From positions 32,001-96,000 of IMG/VR virus record IMGVR_UViG_3300047557_001498: a stretch of DNA of 64,000 nucleotides, one strand, 5' to 3'. The notes under the pieces were generated by a model. That model saw only the letters and a program-made list of their open reading frames with translations, was not told the DNA's origin and did not search any database. This DNA comes from a virus. Shown here piece after piece: positions 1 through 9,122 of the stretch. The position numbers and the translations under genes were made by a program. How positions within the stretch are numbered: the first letter of the stretch is position 1; each line of letters opens with the position of its first letter.

Positions 1-546
1 TGGAACGTCAGAATCCGAATATATGTAAATATCAGCAGGACACCACTTGTCTGCTGTTATTGCCATTTCATAACCTTCCTTTATTAGTTGAACCGCCTTG
101 TTTCTCAACTTTGAATAAGTCACATCACCTCTGTCTGCATCAACTGGACCTTTGAATATCTCTTGTATTTTTTTAGCAACCGATAATGCATTATAGTAAA
201 ATGCCTTCTCTGATGATTTAACTATATCATTTGAAAGATGTGCAATAGCAGTTATTACCAAACCATAAGATTTTCCACCATACAAAGTATCATTTTCAGG
301 TTCAGGTAATGATATTTTTTTCTGATTGTTTTCTGGTTTACCTAATTTTTCCTCCACTACTTTAAGTTTCTGTGCAGGTAATCCTGAAAAATAGATAACA
401 AGACCTTCCTTAAATTCTGGTGTATTTGTTTCTTTTAATGCAGTGACTTCATCTATTATCTGTTCTTTCGATGATTCCCTTAAAATATCGCGTATAGATT
501 GAAGTATTATATTTTTATTTTCTAAAAGATTTTTATAGTTACCCAT
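1..546 (-). CDS. Partial (runs off window) phage protein with DKWCPADIY motif, possible PD-(D/E)XK-type nuclease
   Basis: Not in the ORF track. Manual translation from ATG at 546 is open to base 1: MGNYKNLLENKNNILQSIRDILRE...ADKWCPADIYIYSDSDVP. DKWxPADI is a motif I associate with phage restriction-endonuclease-fold proteins. Confidence 0.55.
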   Translation of the reverse strand, partial: MGNYKNLLENKNIILQSIRDILRESSKEQIIDEVTALKETNTPEFKEGLVIYFSGLPAQKLKVVEEKLGKPENNQKKISLPEPENDTLYGGKSYGLVITAIAHLSNDIVKSSEKAFYYNALSVAKKIQEIFKGPVDADRGDVTYSKLRNKAVQLIKEGYEMAITADKWCPADIYIYSDSDVP

Positions 547-1153
547 TTGAAACAACTCCAAATATTTTTCCGAACTTGTTAGTATATTTTATACGGTCTT
601 GTAGACCATTAGTTCCACCGTTTATTCTTTTTGTCAATTCAAGTATTACGGTATCATTCAATCCTTTATCGGATATAGAATTTAATTTATTTTTATGAAA
701 AAACCAAGCAGCAGATAATAACGGATATTTTTTAGCAACCAAATCTGGATTTGATATTATATCCTCGTTTACAAATTTATCAAACTCTGTATAATTATTT
801 TTTCCAGTTAATTGAATATAACCTCTGCCTCTGAATTTCCAACCATCTGCAGTTCCTTCTACTCCATTCCCCATTCTATTAGCGTATACTCTTGAAGCAA
901 TACGTTCTGGATTTCTAGCATAAGCTTCAGCAAGGCCTGGCTGCTTGAAATACTTTGGGAATACCGTTAGTAATCCTTTTGATGAATAGTTTAGATTTTC
1001 AGTATTAAATTTAAAGTTACCACTCTCGTGAGCACATTGTCCCAAAAAATGTGATAGTCTGAAAGGTGTGTTCATTCCGAATGTATCAATAACAGACTGT
1101 ATTTCATTATACACACCGTCAGGTATATTACCTTTCAATTTACTGACATCCAT
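539..1153 (-). CDS. Glycoside hydrolase family 19 endolysin
   Basis: HFLGQCAHESGNF, FRGRGYIQLTGKNNY and TKRINGGTNGLQDR GH19 motifs. Start probably MDVSK at 1153, just after the upstream stop. Confidence 0.9.
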   Translation of the reverse strand: MDVSKLKGNIPDGVYNEIQSVIDTFGMNTPFRLSHFLGQCAHESGNFKFNTENLNYSSKGLLTVFPKYFKQPGLAEAYARNPERIASRVYANRMGNGVEGTADGWKFRGRGYIQLTGKNNYTEFDKFVNEDIISNPDLVAKKYPLLSAAWFFHKNKLNSISDKGLNDTVILELTKRINGGTNGLQDRIKYTNKFGKIFGVVSNG

Positions 1154-1154
1154 C

Positions 1155-1517
1155 TTAATCACCTGTCCAATGTTCAACTCTGACTGGAACTATGATATTA
1201 TTTCCTTTTTGTTCTGGTCTTCCAGAATTATGAGTTGTATTGTAATCATCTAACTTATTACATATATCCCTTGCAATCTTTGATGCATCACGTAATAACA
1301 TTTCGGAATTACCATTTATATCGGTTGCATTGGACTTAAATCCAAATATTATATTCATTCTTGTTGTTCCCCTATTGGAAGAAAAACCACCTTTATCGTG
1401 TTCTATCTTCAATACAGTCAATGTTGGGTGACTTATTTTATAGTGAACATCTGCCTTTGAAGGACCAGTTGGTATATCTGTATTATCTTCTTTCAATATA
1501 TCTTTTAATTTAATCAT
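1155..1517 (-). CDS. Hypothetical protein with MIKLKDILKE leader (putative internal head protein)
   Basis: ORF track; leader nearly identical to that of 32390..33265. Confidence 0.6.
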   Translation of the reverse strand: MIKLKDILKEDNTDIPTGPSKADVHYKISHPTLTVLKIEHDKGGFSSNRGTTRMNIIFGFKSNATDINGNSEMLLRDASKIARDICNKLDDYNTTHNSGRPEQKGNNIIVPVRVEHWTGD

Positions 1518-1537
1518 AATCTTCTCTTTAGTTTTGT

Positions 1538-1831
1538 TTAATCAAATTGTGGATATAAACCTTCAGTTGCAATATAGTATGGAATGTAGGGTTTGCCATT
1601 GTACATATCGCCGGTATTTAAATGTATTGGATTTCCATGTTCATCTTTTGGTCTCAAATCTGGAAGAGCAAAGTGGTCACGGCCATCGCCACCAAATTGA
1701 AATCCAATCAATGAAAATAATGCCTCATGGTTTCTAACCGGTAAAACTTGTCCATTGCAATGTTCCCAACCCAACAAAACACGATTGAATTGATATGGGA
1801 ATTGCATTATTGCTCCAATGTAAATATCCAT
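1538..1831 (-). CDS. Stand-alone phage tail collar domain protein
   Basis: YIGAIMQF...GWEHCNGQVL...ALFSLIG..FGGDG..HFALPDLR...YYIATEGLYP; AGGAG RBS. Confidence 0.85.
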   Translation of the reverse strand: MDIYIGAIMQFPYQFNRVLLGWEHCNGQVLPVRNHEALFSLIGFQFGGDGRDHFALPDLRPKDEHGNPIHLNTGDMYNGKPYIPYYIATEGLYPQFD

Positions 1832-1868
1832 ACTATAACTCCTAATATATTAAATGTAAACTAACACA

Positions 1869-1876
1869 TATAAATA
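1869..1876 (-). promoter_or_regulatory. Putative late promoter TATTTATA (plus strand TATAAATA)
   Basis: Recurrent intergenic motif, 38 nt upstream of the start at 1831. Confidence 0.6.
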
Positions 1877-1888
1877 TCAATGAAATAC

Positions 1889-1923
1889 AAAATAAACAGA
1901 AATCGCCAGACATAATCTGGCGA
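1889..1923 (-). terminator. Rho-independent terminator
   Basis: TCGCCAGA-N5-TCTGGCGA stem followed by a T-rich tract on the minus strand, downstream of 1959..3131. Confidence 0.7.
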
Positions 1924-1958
1924 CTTCGTAACTCTATTAACACATGGTTATTGAGATA

Positions 1959-3131
1959 TTATTGAACAACAACCCACTCTGTTCCATTATACCAAAGTGT
2001 TCTAGATTGATTTGGCCAAAGTGTATAATCAAGGTTAGTATCAATTCCCCAAACACTATCCTTAATAGTAAGATTGTTTGCAGTTGAACCATTGAAAATT
2101 GTTACAAGTTGTCCAGTAGTTGGTGATGTGACAGTCGCAATATTGTAATCAACAGCAACACGACTAACTACCCAACGTGAATCAGATGGTAAAGATAACG
2201 GAGCGGCGGTGTAAATACCAACACTATTTGTTTTGTGATGTGGGTTTACTTCCCAAGAAATACCATTTGTACCACGAGTAGCGTATGAACTAACGGCGGC
2301 AGTTGAACTACCTTCGAGTGATGAAAGTCTCACGGATTCTGTTTTAAAATTACGATGTTCGATTGTATTATCAATCAATGATTTTGCCGTATCTGCAAGA
2401 ATTGAACGAGCGGAGTTTGTGGAAAAAGCAGATGTTGATGCGAAATCAGCATGGTTAGCATCAAAAGCAAAAGTTGATGTATCAGCTCTGAAAGAAAGTC
2501 CAGATTTTACAGCAAACTGAGCAGTATCAGATTTAGCAGAATGAGCTGCAGTTGATGCATAAGTTGCCAAATCCGAAAGAGTTGCCTTACCGGCTGCACG
2601 AGTGGTATCAGCGAATCCTGATGTATTTGAACGATTACTTATTCTAGTAGAATCTGCAAATGTTGCCGTTACAGACGAACCTGCATTTGTTGCAAACTTG
2701 GCAGTATCAGCTTTTTCAGCGTGTTTTGCAGAAACTGCATTTGTTGCATTTGTTGCAAGTTCAGCAGTTGCAGAAAACTTTGATTTAAGTGCATAAGGAA
2801 CTCTATGAAGTGGTAATCTACCTAATGTTTGTCCATTAACATACGCATATACAAAAATATTTGATTGATTTGAAACTAAAACATTATCTGGAATATCCTT
2901 CAATGTATAATTAACAATACCGTTTGATACTTCAATATCAACATTCTCCACATACCAAAGAGCAGATGTATTCAAATGTGAGTTTTCATCGAAAGTATCA
3001 TCTGCAAGATAAACAGAAAACTTTGATTGTGCAGGCGTTCCTCCTGGTACATGAGCTTGATACTGTAAACTTGTTTGTGCAGAAAGATTAACTGCAAAGA
3101 TAAACGAAAGTGCGAGAATAAAATAACGCAT
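1959..3131 (-). CDS. Secreted Bacteroidota-type Ala-rich repeat protein (YQA...VPYAL family)
   Basis: Signal peptide MRYFILALSFIFAVNLSA|Q, QYQAHV and RVPYALKS motifs, then ~9-aa A-D-T-A-type repeats. GAGG RBS before ATG 3131. Confidence 0.65.
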   Translation of the reverse strand: MRYFILALSFIFAVNLSAQTSLQYQAHVPGGTPAQSKFSVYLADDTFDENSHLNTSALWYVENVDIEVSNGIVNYTLKDIPDNVLVSNQSNIFVYAYVNGQTLGRLPLHRVPYALKSKFSATAELATNATNAVSAKHAEKADTAKFATNAGSSVTATFADSTRISNRSNTSGFADTTRAAGKATLSDLATYASTAAHSAKSDTAQFAVKSGLSFRADTSTFAFDANHADFASTSAFSTNSARSILADTAKSLIDNTIEHRNFKTESVRLSSLEGSSTAAVSSYATRGTNGISWEVNPHHKTNSVGIYTAAPLSLPSDSRWVVSRVAVDYNIATVTSPTTGQLVTIFNGSTANNLTIKDSVWGIDTNLDYTLWPNQSRTLWYNGTEWVVVQ

Positions 3132-3150
3132 AAATAAATTCCTCATAAAT

Positions 3151-3591
3151 TTAATTAAAAATAACTGTTGTTGAATAAACTGAATTGTTTTTGTTTGTTA
3201 CTCGGATGATGTAAACTCCCTTGTTAGAAAGAGTAATTGTTTCTCCGGTAAAATTAAAATAACTACCGACTGATTTTCCATTCAAATCAAATATCTGAAT
3301 GTGTTTAATGTTCTCAGCATTTACATTGAAAAACCCATTGTTTGTTGGGTTTGGAAATACTTGAACATCGAATTTTGACAGTTGGTAATCCGATTCATCA
3401 CCAACAGAAAGCGCAACTTTACTCGGAATACGGATTCCAATATGGAATCCATTGGAGTAACCGGCAATCACTTGACCAAGTGACGCATTTTTGTTTCCAC
3501 CCACTACAACCCTTTTTAAAAGGTTAGGTGAAGTTTCATTTGCTAAACCGATTGAATAGCAAATAAGAAGAGCAATGATATACTTCATCAT
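3151..3591 (-). CDS. T9SS type A (Por) C-terminal sorting domain protein with signal peptide
   Basis: Hydrophobic N-terminal signal; VQVFPNPT...IQIFDLNGK...LSNKGVYIIRV...TTVIFN matches the T9SS CTD pattern. Confidence 0.85.
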   Translation of the reverse strand: MMKYIIALLICYSIGLANETSPNLLKRVVVGGNKNASLGQVIAGYSNGFHIGIRIPSKVALSVGDESDYQLSKFDVQVFPNPTNNGFFNVNAENIKHIQIFDLNGKSVGSYFNFTGETITLSNKGVYIIRVTNKNNSVYSTTVIFN

Positions 3592-3644
3592 CGTAACTCC
3601 ATATTGGTTAATAAAAATACTTATATTTCTCTCTTTATCTAATA

Positions 3645-3675
3645 CAAATATAGAGATTTTCTATCAGATATGAAA
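3645..3675 (-). promoter_or_regulatory. Bacteroidota-type promoter (TTTC-N19-TATATTTG)
   Basis: -7 element TAnnTTTG upstream of the T9SS gene pair. Confidence 0.55.
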
Positions 3676-3704
3676 GCATTATTTTTTATTTTTGATTGGC
3701 ATTA

Positions 3705-4040
3705 TTATCTTTGTTTTGGGTTGGCATCCCTTATTATTTGTTTAATCCATTCATATACTTCTGGATTATGTGAATTTACTCGCCATTCTTGCACTGCTTT
3801 GTAATCCAAATCATTACTACCAAATGGTCTAACATCACATATTCTTGCAACGTCTCCAGTCTGGAATTGAATATGCCATGCACATTTTTCAACACCATCG
3901 AAATCATCACCGTAATCAGTAGAAAATAATGGATTACCAAACGTTCTCGTTAGATGTTTGAAATCACAACTCATAACGCCAACTTGTGGTGCCAATTTAA
4001 TTTGAATATCTTTACCTACTCGGTATTTAGGATATTGCAT
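3705..4040 (-). CDS. Hypothetical phage protein
   Basis: ORF with GAGG RBS and TATTTATA motif at 4061-4068. Confidence 0.6.
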   Translation of the reverse strand: MQYPKYRVGKDIQIKLAPQVGVMSCDFKHLTRTFGNPLFSTDYGDDFDGVEKCAWHIQFQTGDVARICDVRPFGSNDLDYKAVQEWRVNSHNPEVYEWIKQIIRDANPKQR

Positions 4041-4071
4041 AATTACCTCATTAAAATTTGTATAAATAATT

Positions 4072-4254
4072 TCACATTATTGGATTAAATGTGTTTCCAA
4101 AAATATGTGAAACTGCTAACTGTATTAAATAAAAACCAATAGCGATTGGTAGTCCTAAAACGAATACCAAAAGTATAGTTACGATAGAATAAAATAAATA
4201 CAATATGGGTGTTACTACTCCCATATAAATAAATTCCAAAAACTTGTCAAACAT
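4072..4254 (-). CDS. Small membrane protein
   Basis: 60 aa, almost entirely hydrophobic; AGGT RBS. Confidence 0.55.
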   Translation of the reverse strand: MFDKFLEFIYMGVVTPILYLFYSIVTILLVFVLGLPIAIGFYLIQLAVSHIFGNTFNPIM

Positions 4255-4269
4255 AAAAAAACCTTTGTG

Positions 4270-4566
4270 TTATATTTTAGTAATGTGATCAATGAGGTAT
4301 TTGTAGTCTACTGAATTTAGATTTACCATCCCCTTTAATATTGGCATATCTATTGTTTTCAATCTACTCTTAAAAAACATTTTTAGTTGGTCCTTTACTT
4401 GCGGATAGACTGCATTAAAAAAATCATCATCTGTAAAATCATTGGTGGATAATAAAAATGTCAATTCATCATCCACCATTGATTGTAATTCTTTTCTTAA
4501 ATCATCACTTAATGTGATGACATCTATAACAGTTCTTGTATCAAAATTCATTGTCTCTATAAACAT
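4270..4566 (-). CDS. Hypothetical protein
   Basis: ORF track; tightly packed in the operon. Confidence 0.5.
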   Translation of the reverse strand: MFIETMNFDTRTVIDVITLSDDLRKELQSMVDDELTFLLSTNDFTDDDFFNAVYPQVKDQLKMFFKSRLKTIDMPILKGMVNLNSVDYKYLIDHITKI

Positions 4567-4753
4567 TGTCTATGATATTATCAGTGTATATTACTTTTGG
4601 TTCTGTTAGATATGAAAAAGCCATACTCTTAATGTCTTCCTCTGTCATTCCTTTCTTCTTTGCTTCTTTCAAATCTTTTTTAAATATTTTTGTTTTGTTA
4701 CCATTATTTGCATAAAACGTCCATCCATCAACAAATATAAATGGATTATTCAT
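4541..4753 (-). CDS. Hypothetical protein
   Basis: ORF track; start probably MMNNPF overlapping the upstream stop. Confidence 0.5.
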   Translation of the reverse strand: MNNPFIFVDGWTFYANNGNKTKIFKKDLKEAKKKGMTEEDIKSMAFSYLTEPKVIYTDNIIDNVYRDNEF

Positions 4754-5375
4754 CATCAAAGTCCTCGTCATCTTCTAAATCGGAAAAATCTTCATCATCC
4801 CAACCTTCATCTTCATAATCGAGTTCATCTTCTTCGATGTCATCAAAATCATCATCCCAATCTTCATCATCTAATTCGGAATCATCGTAATCGAGATCAT
4901 CGTATGAATCTAATTCATAATCATCTTTCATATTGTTTTCTCCATTATAGTATTTCAAATATCCAGATACGGCACGTAAATAATCTTCCGCAATCGTTAC
5001 TTTATATTGAAGCCAATCTTCAAACATTTCTCCATCTTCTATCATGTGATAGATTCTTTCGGCATTTTCCATTATAGAAAGAAGCTGAGCCTTCATCATT
5101 TTATCTTCACCTTCTTCTTGCCCTTCAAATTTTCTATAAGCACTTGATAGTTTACTTTCAATTTGTTCTGTTATCTTTTTAGCAATCTTATATTTTTTAT
5201 AGTTCCTTTTTAACTCGGAAGCATTTTTTGATTCCATCGTTTTCTTTTTTAATGAACCCATTGTATTAACTGCTTCGTAAAGATTCTTTTGCATTTCTCT
5301 AAATTTTATGCGTGCACTTTCTTTTTTCAAAGCACTATTAACTTCTTCACGCACAAATTTTTTTAATGAACTCAT
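4746..5375 (-). CDS. Hypothetical protein with basic N-terminus and long Asp/Glu-rich C-terminal tail
   Basis: GGAG RBS before ATG 5375 (MSSLKKFVREE); last ~60 aa mostly D/E. Confidence 0.7.
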   Translation of the reverse strand: MSSLKKFVREEVNSALKKESARIKFREMQKNLYEAVNTMGSLKKKTMESKNASELKRNYKKYKIAKKITEQIESKLSSAYRKFEGQEEGEDKMMKAQLLSIMENAERIYHMIEDGEMFEDWLQYKVTIAEDYLRAVSGYLKYYNGENNMKDDYELDSYDDLDYDDSELDDEDWDDDFDDIEEDELDYEDEGWDDEDFSDLEDDEDFDDE

Positions 5376-5428
5376 TTCATTCTCCAATAATATAATATAA
5401 CTATACAGTCATAAATAAATATAATCTT

Positions 5429-6490
5429 TTAATACGAATCTTTAATCATCATCAATAGTTTTTCATTATTAAATAAAGAAAACTGACTAACTCCAAACTG
5501 ATCTGGATTTGAATAAATTTTATTACGAATTGACTGCAATACACGTTCTTTTTCAGCATGAGGTGCGTGTAAGTCCTCGATAAAATAAATTGATCCATTT
5601 TTTAATTTTGGAAAAATTGCAAGATACGATGCAAAAATATCGTGATAATTATGAGATCCATCATCAATAACAACATCAAATGTTTCAACAGATTTAAAAA
5701 TATCATCTATTAAAATCAAATCGGACTGATTTCCTATGTGCAGTGATACATTTTCGGTTCCTGTAAAGTGATCGATTACTCCCGGATTTATATCTACTGC
5801 GTATAAATTTATATTTTCGTTGTATTTATTCCACATTCTAATAGAATCCCCTTTCCATACACCAATTTCTAACATTTTTATTTTTTTGTTACTTGAGATA
5901 TATTTTTCATACGTTGTGGTGTATGAATGTGCCTCATAATAAACAGTTCCCTTATCACAAATATTTTCATTTGCAATGGTTGTTAGTGTTTCATAATTTA
6001 AATAATACCCATAGGTTTCATCACCATACAACAAATGTAACGATGGGTATTTAGTTTTCATAATTTCGTGAGTAAGATCCGGTTGTAGATGAGTCTCATA
6101 TACATTACCTTCATATTCACCCTGTTCGTAATTATATGGAACTGATATAATACATTTTATATTCTTTTCATTTATATTGTTCAATAAATTCGATGCTTGT
6201 TCATAGTTCAGATGTTCAAAAATATCACCCAATATTAAATAATCATATTCACTAAAATCGAATGAACAAATATCATCAATAAAAACATTTTGGTATTTTT
6301 CTTTTAAATTAAATTGATTAACATATGGTTCCCAAATCTCTACACAATCCAATAAATAACCATGTGGTTTTAATAAATCTGAGTATGTTCCAGATCCAGG
6401 TCCAACATCTAAAATTTTAAAATCGGTTGGTATATTTTCTTGAATATACTTTTCTACATTATTCTTAAAAATGTTAAGACTATAAGGCAT
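5429..6490 (-). CDS. Tandem class I SAM-dependent methyltransferase (two domains)
   Basis: ILDVGPGSG in the N-domain; MLEIGVWKGDS, DVVIDDGSH and YFIEDL in the C-domain (sugar O-methyltransferase-like). Confidence 0.8.
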   Translation of the reverse strand: MPYSLNIFKNNVEKYIQENIPTDFKILDVGPGSGTYSDLLKPHGYLLDCVEIWEPYVNQFNLKEKYQNVFIDDICSFDFSEYDYLILGDIFEHLNYEQASNLLNNINEKNIKCIISVPYNYEQGEYEGNVYETHLQPDLTHEIMKTKYPSLHLLYGDETYGYYLNYETLTTIANENICDKGTVYYEAHSYTTTYEKYISSNKKIKMLEIGVWKGDSIRMWNKYNENINLYAVDINPGVIDHFTGTENVSLHIGNQSDLILIDDIFKSVETFDVVIDDGSHNYHDIFASYLAIFPKLKNGSIYFIEDLHAPHAEKERVLQSIRNKIYSNPDQFGVSQFSLFNNEKLLMMIKDSY

Positions 6491-6502
6491 ATCGAAACTC
6501 CT

Positions 6503-6997
6503 TTATTTTTTTTCACTATCCTTTTTACCATCTTCCTTTTTCTTAAAAGAAACTATCTTAGTTTGTTTCTTATAGTCATCCAAATCTATCGTTGGTTCAA
6601 AATCATTTTGACTAACTCTAGTATCTAAATCAACAAATGCATCAAGAAATTTATCTTTCTTTTTCGGTATTATAGATTTTTTATTCATAAGAGGTTCTAC
6701 GGTATCAACATACTCCTCTCTTTCAGCATCACTATCAGGTTGTTTTAATTTATTCTTCAACCGTTTAGTATCTTTCGGAGAGTAAGATGTAACTCTATGA
6801 CCAAATACATCCTCTTTCACTTGATGTGGGTATTTTCCATTTTTTATTCGGTTGTATATCATTATCAATTCAACTTCTGACATATCATCCAAATGTTTTT
6901 TACCAACAGTTTTTTCACACCATGACATGAAATCCTTGTCACCATCCCAAGATACTTTCATCTTTTCTGCAATTTTATGTATTTGTTCAGGTTTCAT
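6503..6997 (-). CDS. Hypothetical protein
   Basis: ORF track. Confidence 0.6.
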   Translation of the reverse strand: MKPEQIHKIAEKMKVSWDGDKDFMSWCEKTVGKKHLDDMSEVELIMIYNRIKNGKYPHQVKEDVFGHRVTSYSPKDTKRLKNKLKQPDSDAEREEYVDTVEPLMNKKSIIPKKKDKFLDAFVDLDTRVSQNDFEPTIDLDDYKKQTKIVSFKKKEDGKKDSEKK

Positions 6998-7182
6998 TTA
7001 GTATAAGGAAATAAATCATTTAAAATTTCACGTCTTTTACTACAACCACAATCTTCCTTCCCCATTGCATGTGCAACGGATTCCGCTACCTTATCAAGAC
7101 CAACTGCGTGTGTAACTTTTGCAATAGTATCACCAAGACCCTTTGATTCTTGATTTTCCGTTTGTTGTGTTTGTTCGCTCAT
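6994..7182 (-). CDS. Small phage protein (SKGLGDT...DCGC motif)
   Basis: SKGLGDTIAKVTHAVG...EDCGCSKRREILN; AGGTG RBS. Confidence 0.65.
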   Translation of the reverse strand: MSEQTQQTENQESKGLGDTIAKVTHAVGLDKVAESVAHAMGKEDCGCSKRREILNDLFPYTK

Positions 7183-7203
7183 AGTAATCACCTTTAATTA
7201 GTT

Positions 7204-7560
7204 TTACTTTAATGTTATTAAATAACGAAGTTTATTAAATTCTGCTAACATTTCATCACGAATATTAAGCAAATCTGTATCTGTTTGTGGGTTTAATTCA
7301 TTACTCAAACTCAATAAATACATTACAGTTTCATCTATAAATGCAGTAATGTCCTTTTCATTTCTGTTGTAAACTTTGAATTGTACTGCTGGAACTCGAC
7401 CATACTTACCCATAAGAACTTCAACGAAATTATCAATAAGACCATCCATTGCATCATAAGTTCCACCGTATGCCTGATGTCTGGCGTATGATTTGGTTTG
7501 CCAGTGAAAAAATCTTAATTGTGTTTGAATTGCCACAAGTGTGCTTGCCATTTCATGCAT
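7204..7560 (-). CDS. Ferritin/Dps-like protein (DUF5856-like)
   Basis: FFHWQTKSYARHQA...YDAMDGLIDNFVE...NIRDEMLAEFNKLRYLITL; GGAG RBS. Confidence 0.75.
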   Translation of the reverse strand: MHEMASTLVAIQTQLRFFHWQTKSYARHQAYGGTYDAMDGLIDNFVEVLMGKYGRVPAVQFKVYNRNEKDITAFIDETVMYLLSLSNELNPQTDTDLLNIRDEMLAEFNKLRYLITLK

Positions 7561-7592
7561 AATATTCTCCAAAATAAAAACTTAAAGATACA

Positions 7593-7600
7593 TATAAATA
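7593..7600 (-). promoter_or_regulatory. Putative late promoter TATTTATA
   Basis: Recurrent motif upstream of the ferritin-like gene. Confidence 0.6.
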
Positions 7601-7604
7601 TGAT

Positions 7605-8390
7605 TTATTTATATTTTGAAATCATTTTTGAATTAGTATTAACATTATGTTGTGCATATTGTCCCCATTTGTATTTAAAATATTCATGGGAATCTGCTTC
7701 GGATTCTTTGGATGATTCAACTTCATCATCGGATTTCGATGAAACTGATACAAAGTGGTAAAAATGTGCGGAATAGTCTCTCAACATACGCATACCACTC
7801 AACTCACATTTCAAAAAGAAATCCCAATCAGAAACCGCACCAGCTTTTGACGGATAATTTTCATCAAATCCACCCACTCTTAAAAAATCTTTTTTAAACA
7901 TTAGTATTGGAAAAGTTGATCCCGAATCATCCATTGTGTTATTTGAAGATACCATTTCGGAATAATCCCAAAAAGAAGCCAAATCAAATGAATCTGGATT
8001 TCTACCCAAATCTTTTATGATAAACTGTTGAAACATACTAGGATATGGTTCTATTTGGTTTGGCGAAACCACTTCATTCTCTAACATATGTTCGGTTAAA
8101 AGTTTATCCCAATCTTTCGGAAAAACATTATCATCATTAACTATTAAAATCTTTTCATTCGTTGAATTGTAAACACCCATGTTAGTTGCACGGCAAGTTC
8201 CAATGTTATTAGGGATATTCAAAACTAGAATATAGTTTTCATATTTTTTTATTATATGTTTATTTTCGTTGTAAGTTCCGTCTATAACTACTATTATTTC
8301 ATTATTATTGACTTGACCACTTATAGCAGATTTTAAACATAAATCCAATACTTGTGGCGACTTATATGTTGGTATTATTACTGAAATCAT
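7605..8390 (-). CDS. Glycosyltransferase family 2
   Basis: ISVIIPTY, EIIVVIDG, NDD (DxD-like), VGGFDENY, DWDF. Confidence 0.9.
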   Translation of the reverse strand: MISVIIPTYKSPQVLDLCLKSAISGQVNNNEIIVVIDGTYNENKHIIKKYENYILVLNIPNNIGTCRATNMGVYNSTNEKILIVNDDNVFPKDWDKLLTEHMLENEVVSPNQIEPYPSMFQQFIIKDLGRNPDSFDLASFWDYSEMVSSNNTMDDSGSTFPILMFKKDFLRVGGFDENYPSKAGAVSDWDFFLKCELSGMRMLRDYSAHFYHFVSVSSKSDDEVESSKESEADSHEYFKYKWGQYAQHNVNTNSKMISKYK

Positions 8391-9113
8391 TTAGTTTACA
8401 GATAGTGTTAAAAATTTACCATTATGTTTCTCTACACCGTAACAAATAACCCTTTCCATAGCGTGTGCAAGCAAATCACTATTGGGTGAATAATTTTCTT
8501 CAAACTCCTCGTATAGTAAATCAAGATCACACCCATTGAAAAATTTATGTAGATAGTCAGACTTAACTATAAACATTGATCCTGCAAAAAAACATCCATG
8601 ATTAAAAGAATCAACATAATTCATAAGCTTATCAATTTTATCAACACAGTTCATTCTATTCACATGATCAATCGGTTCTCTATATGTATCATAGAAATGA
8701 CGCTCTGATCCAGCCATGTACACATTATCATTTTCTTCCATAAAAGAAATTATTTCATAGAATCTATCTTTTGATTTTATTAACGGTTGTACTAACTGCA
8801 TTCTCCATATTATTCCAAAATTAGATCCGAATTTTTTATCATAATACTCAGATTTTTTACCATGTATTTTCAAAATATATTCATATCCCATATCCTTTAT
8901 CTTGTTCCAAACATAAACAAAAGGACCGTAATCCATTCCTTTATTTTTTACCATAAAAACTTCTTTAGCAAATAAACGAATATCATTAGTGTATTCAGTT
9001 TCTTCATTTATAGTAACATATAAGTGAACATCATCGTTTAGCAATGGTTGTATTTTTTCTTTTAATTCGTTCCACAATTCTTGGTAATATAGATGCAATA
9101 CAATAGCTACCAT
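8391..9113 (-). CDS. Rhamnan synthesis F (RgpF)-like glycosyltransferase
   Basis: AIVLHLYYQELW, NKGMDYGPF, KIHGKKS, FFAGSMF, AHAMER motifs. Confidence 0.8.
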   Translation of the reverse strand: MVAIVLHLYYQELWNELKEKIQPLLNDDVHLYVTINEETEYTNDIRLFAKEVFMVKNKGMDYGPFVYVWNKIKDMGYEYILKIHGKKSEYYDKKFGSNFGIIWRMQLVQPLIKSKDRFYEIISFMEENDNVYMAGSERHFYDTYREPIDHVNRMNCVDKIDKLMNYVDSFNHGCFFAGSMFIVKSDYLHKFFNGCDLDLLYEEFEENYSPNSDLLAHAMERVICYGVEKHNGKFLTLSVN

Positions 9114-9122
9114 TAACACACC

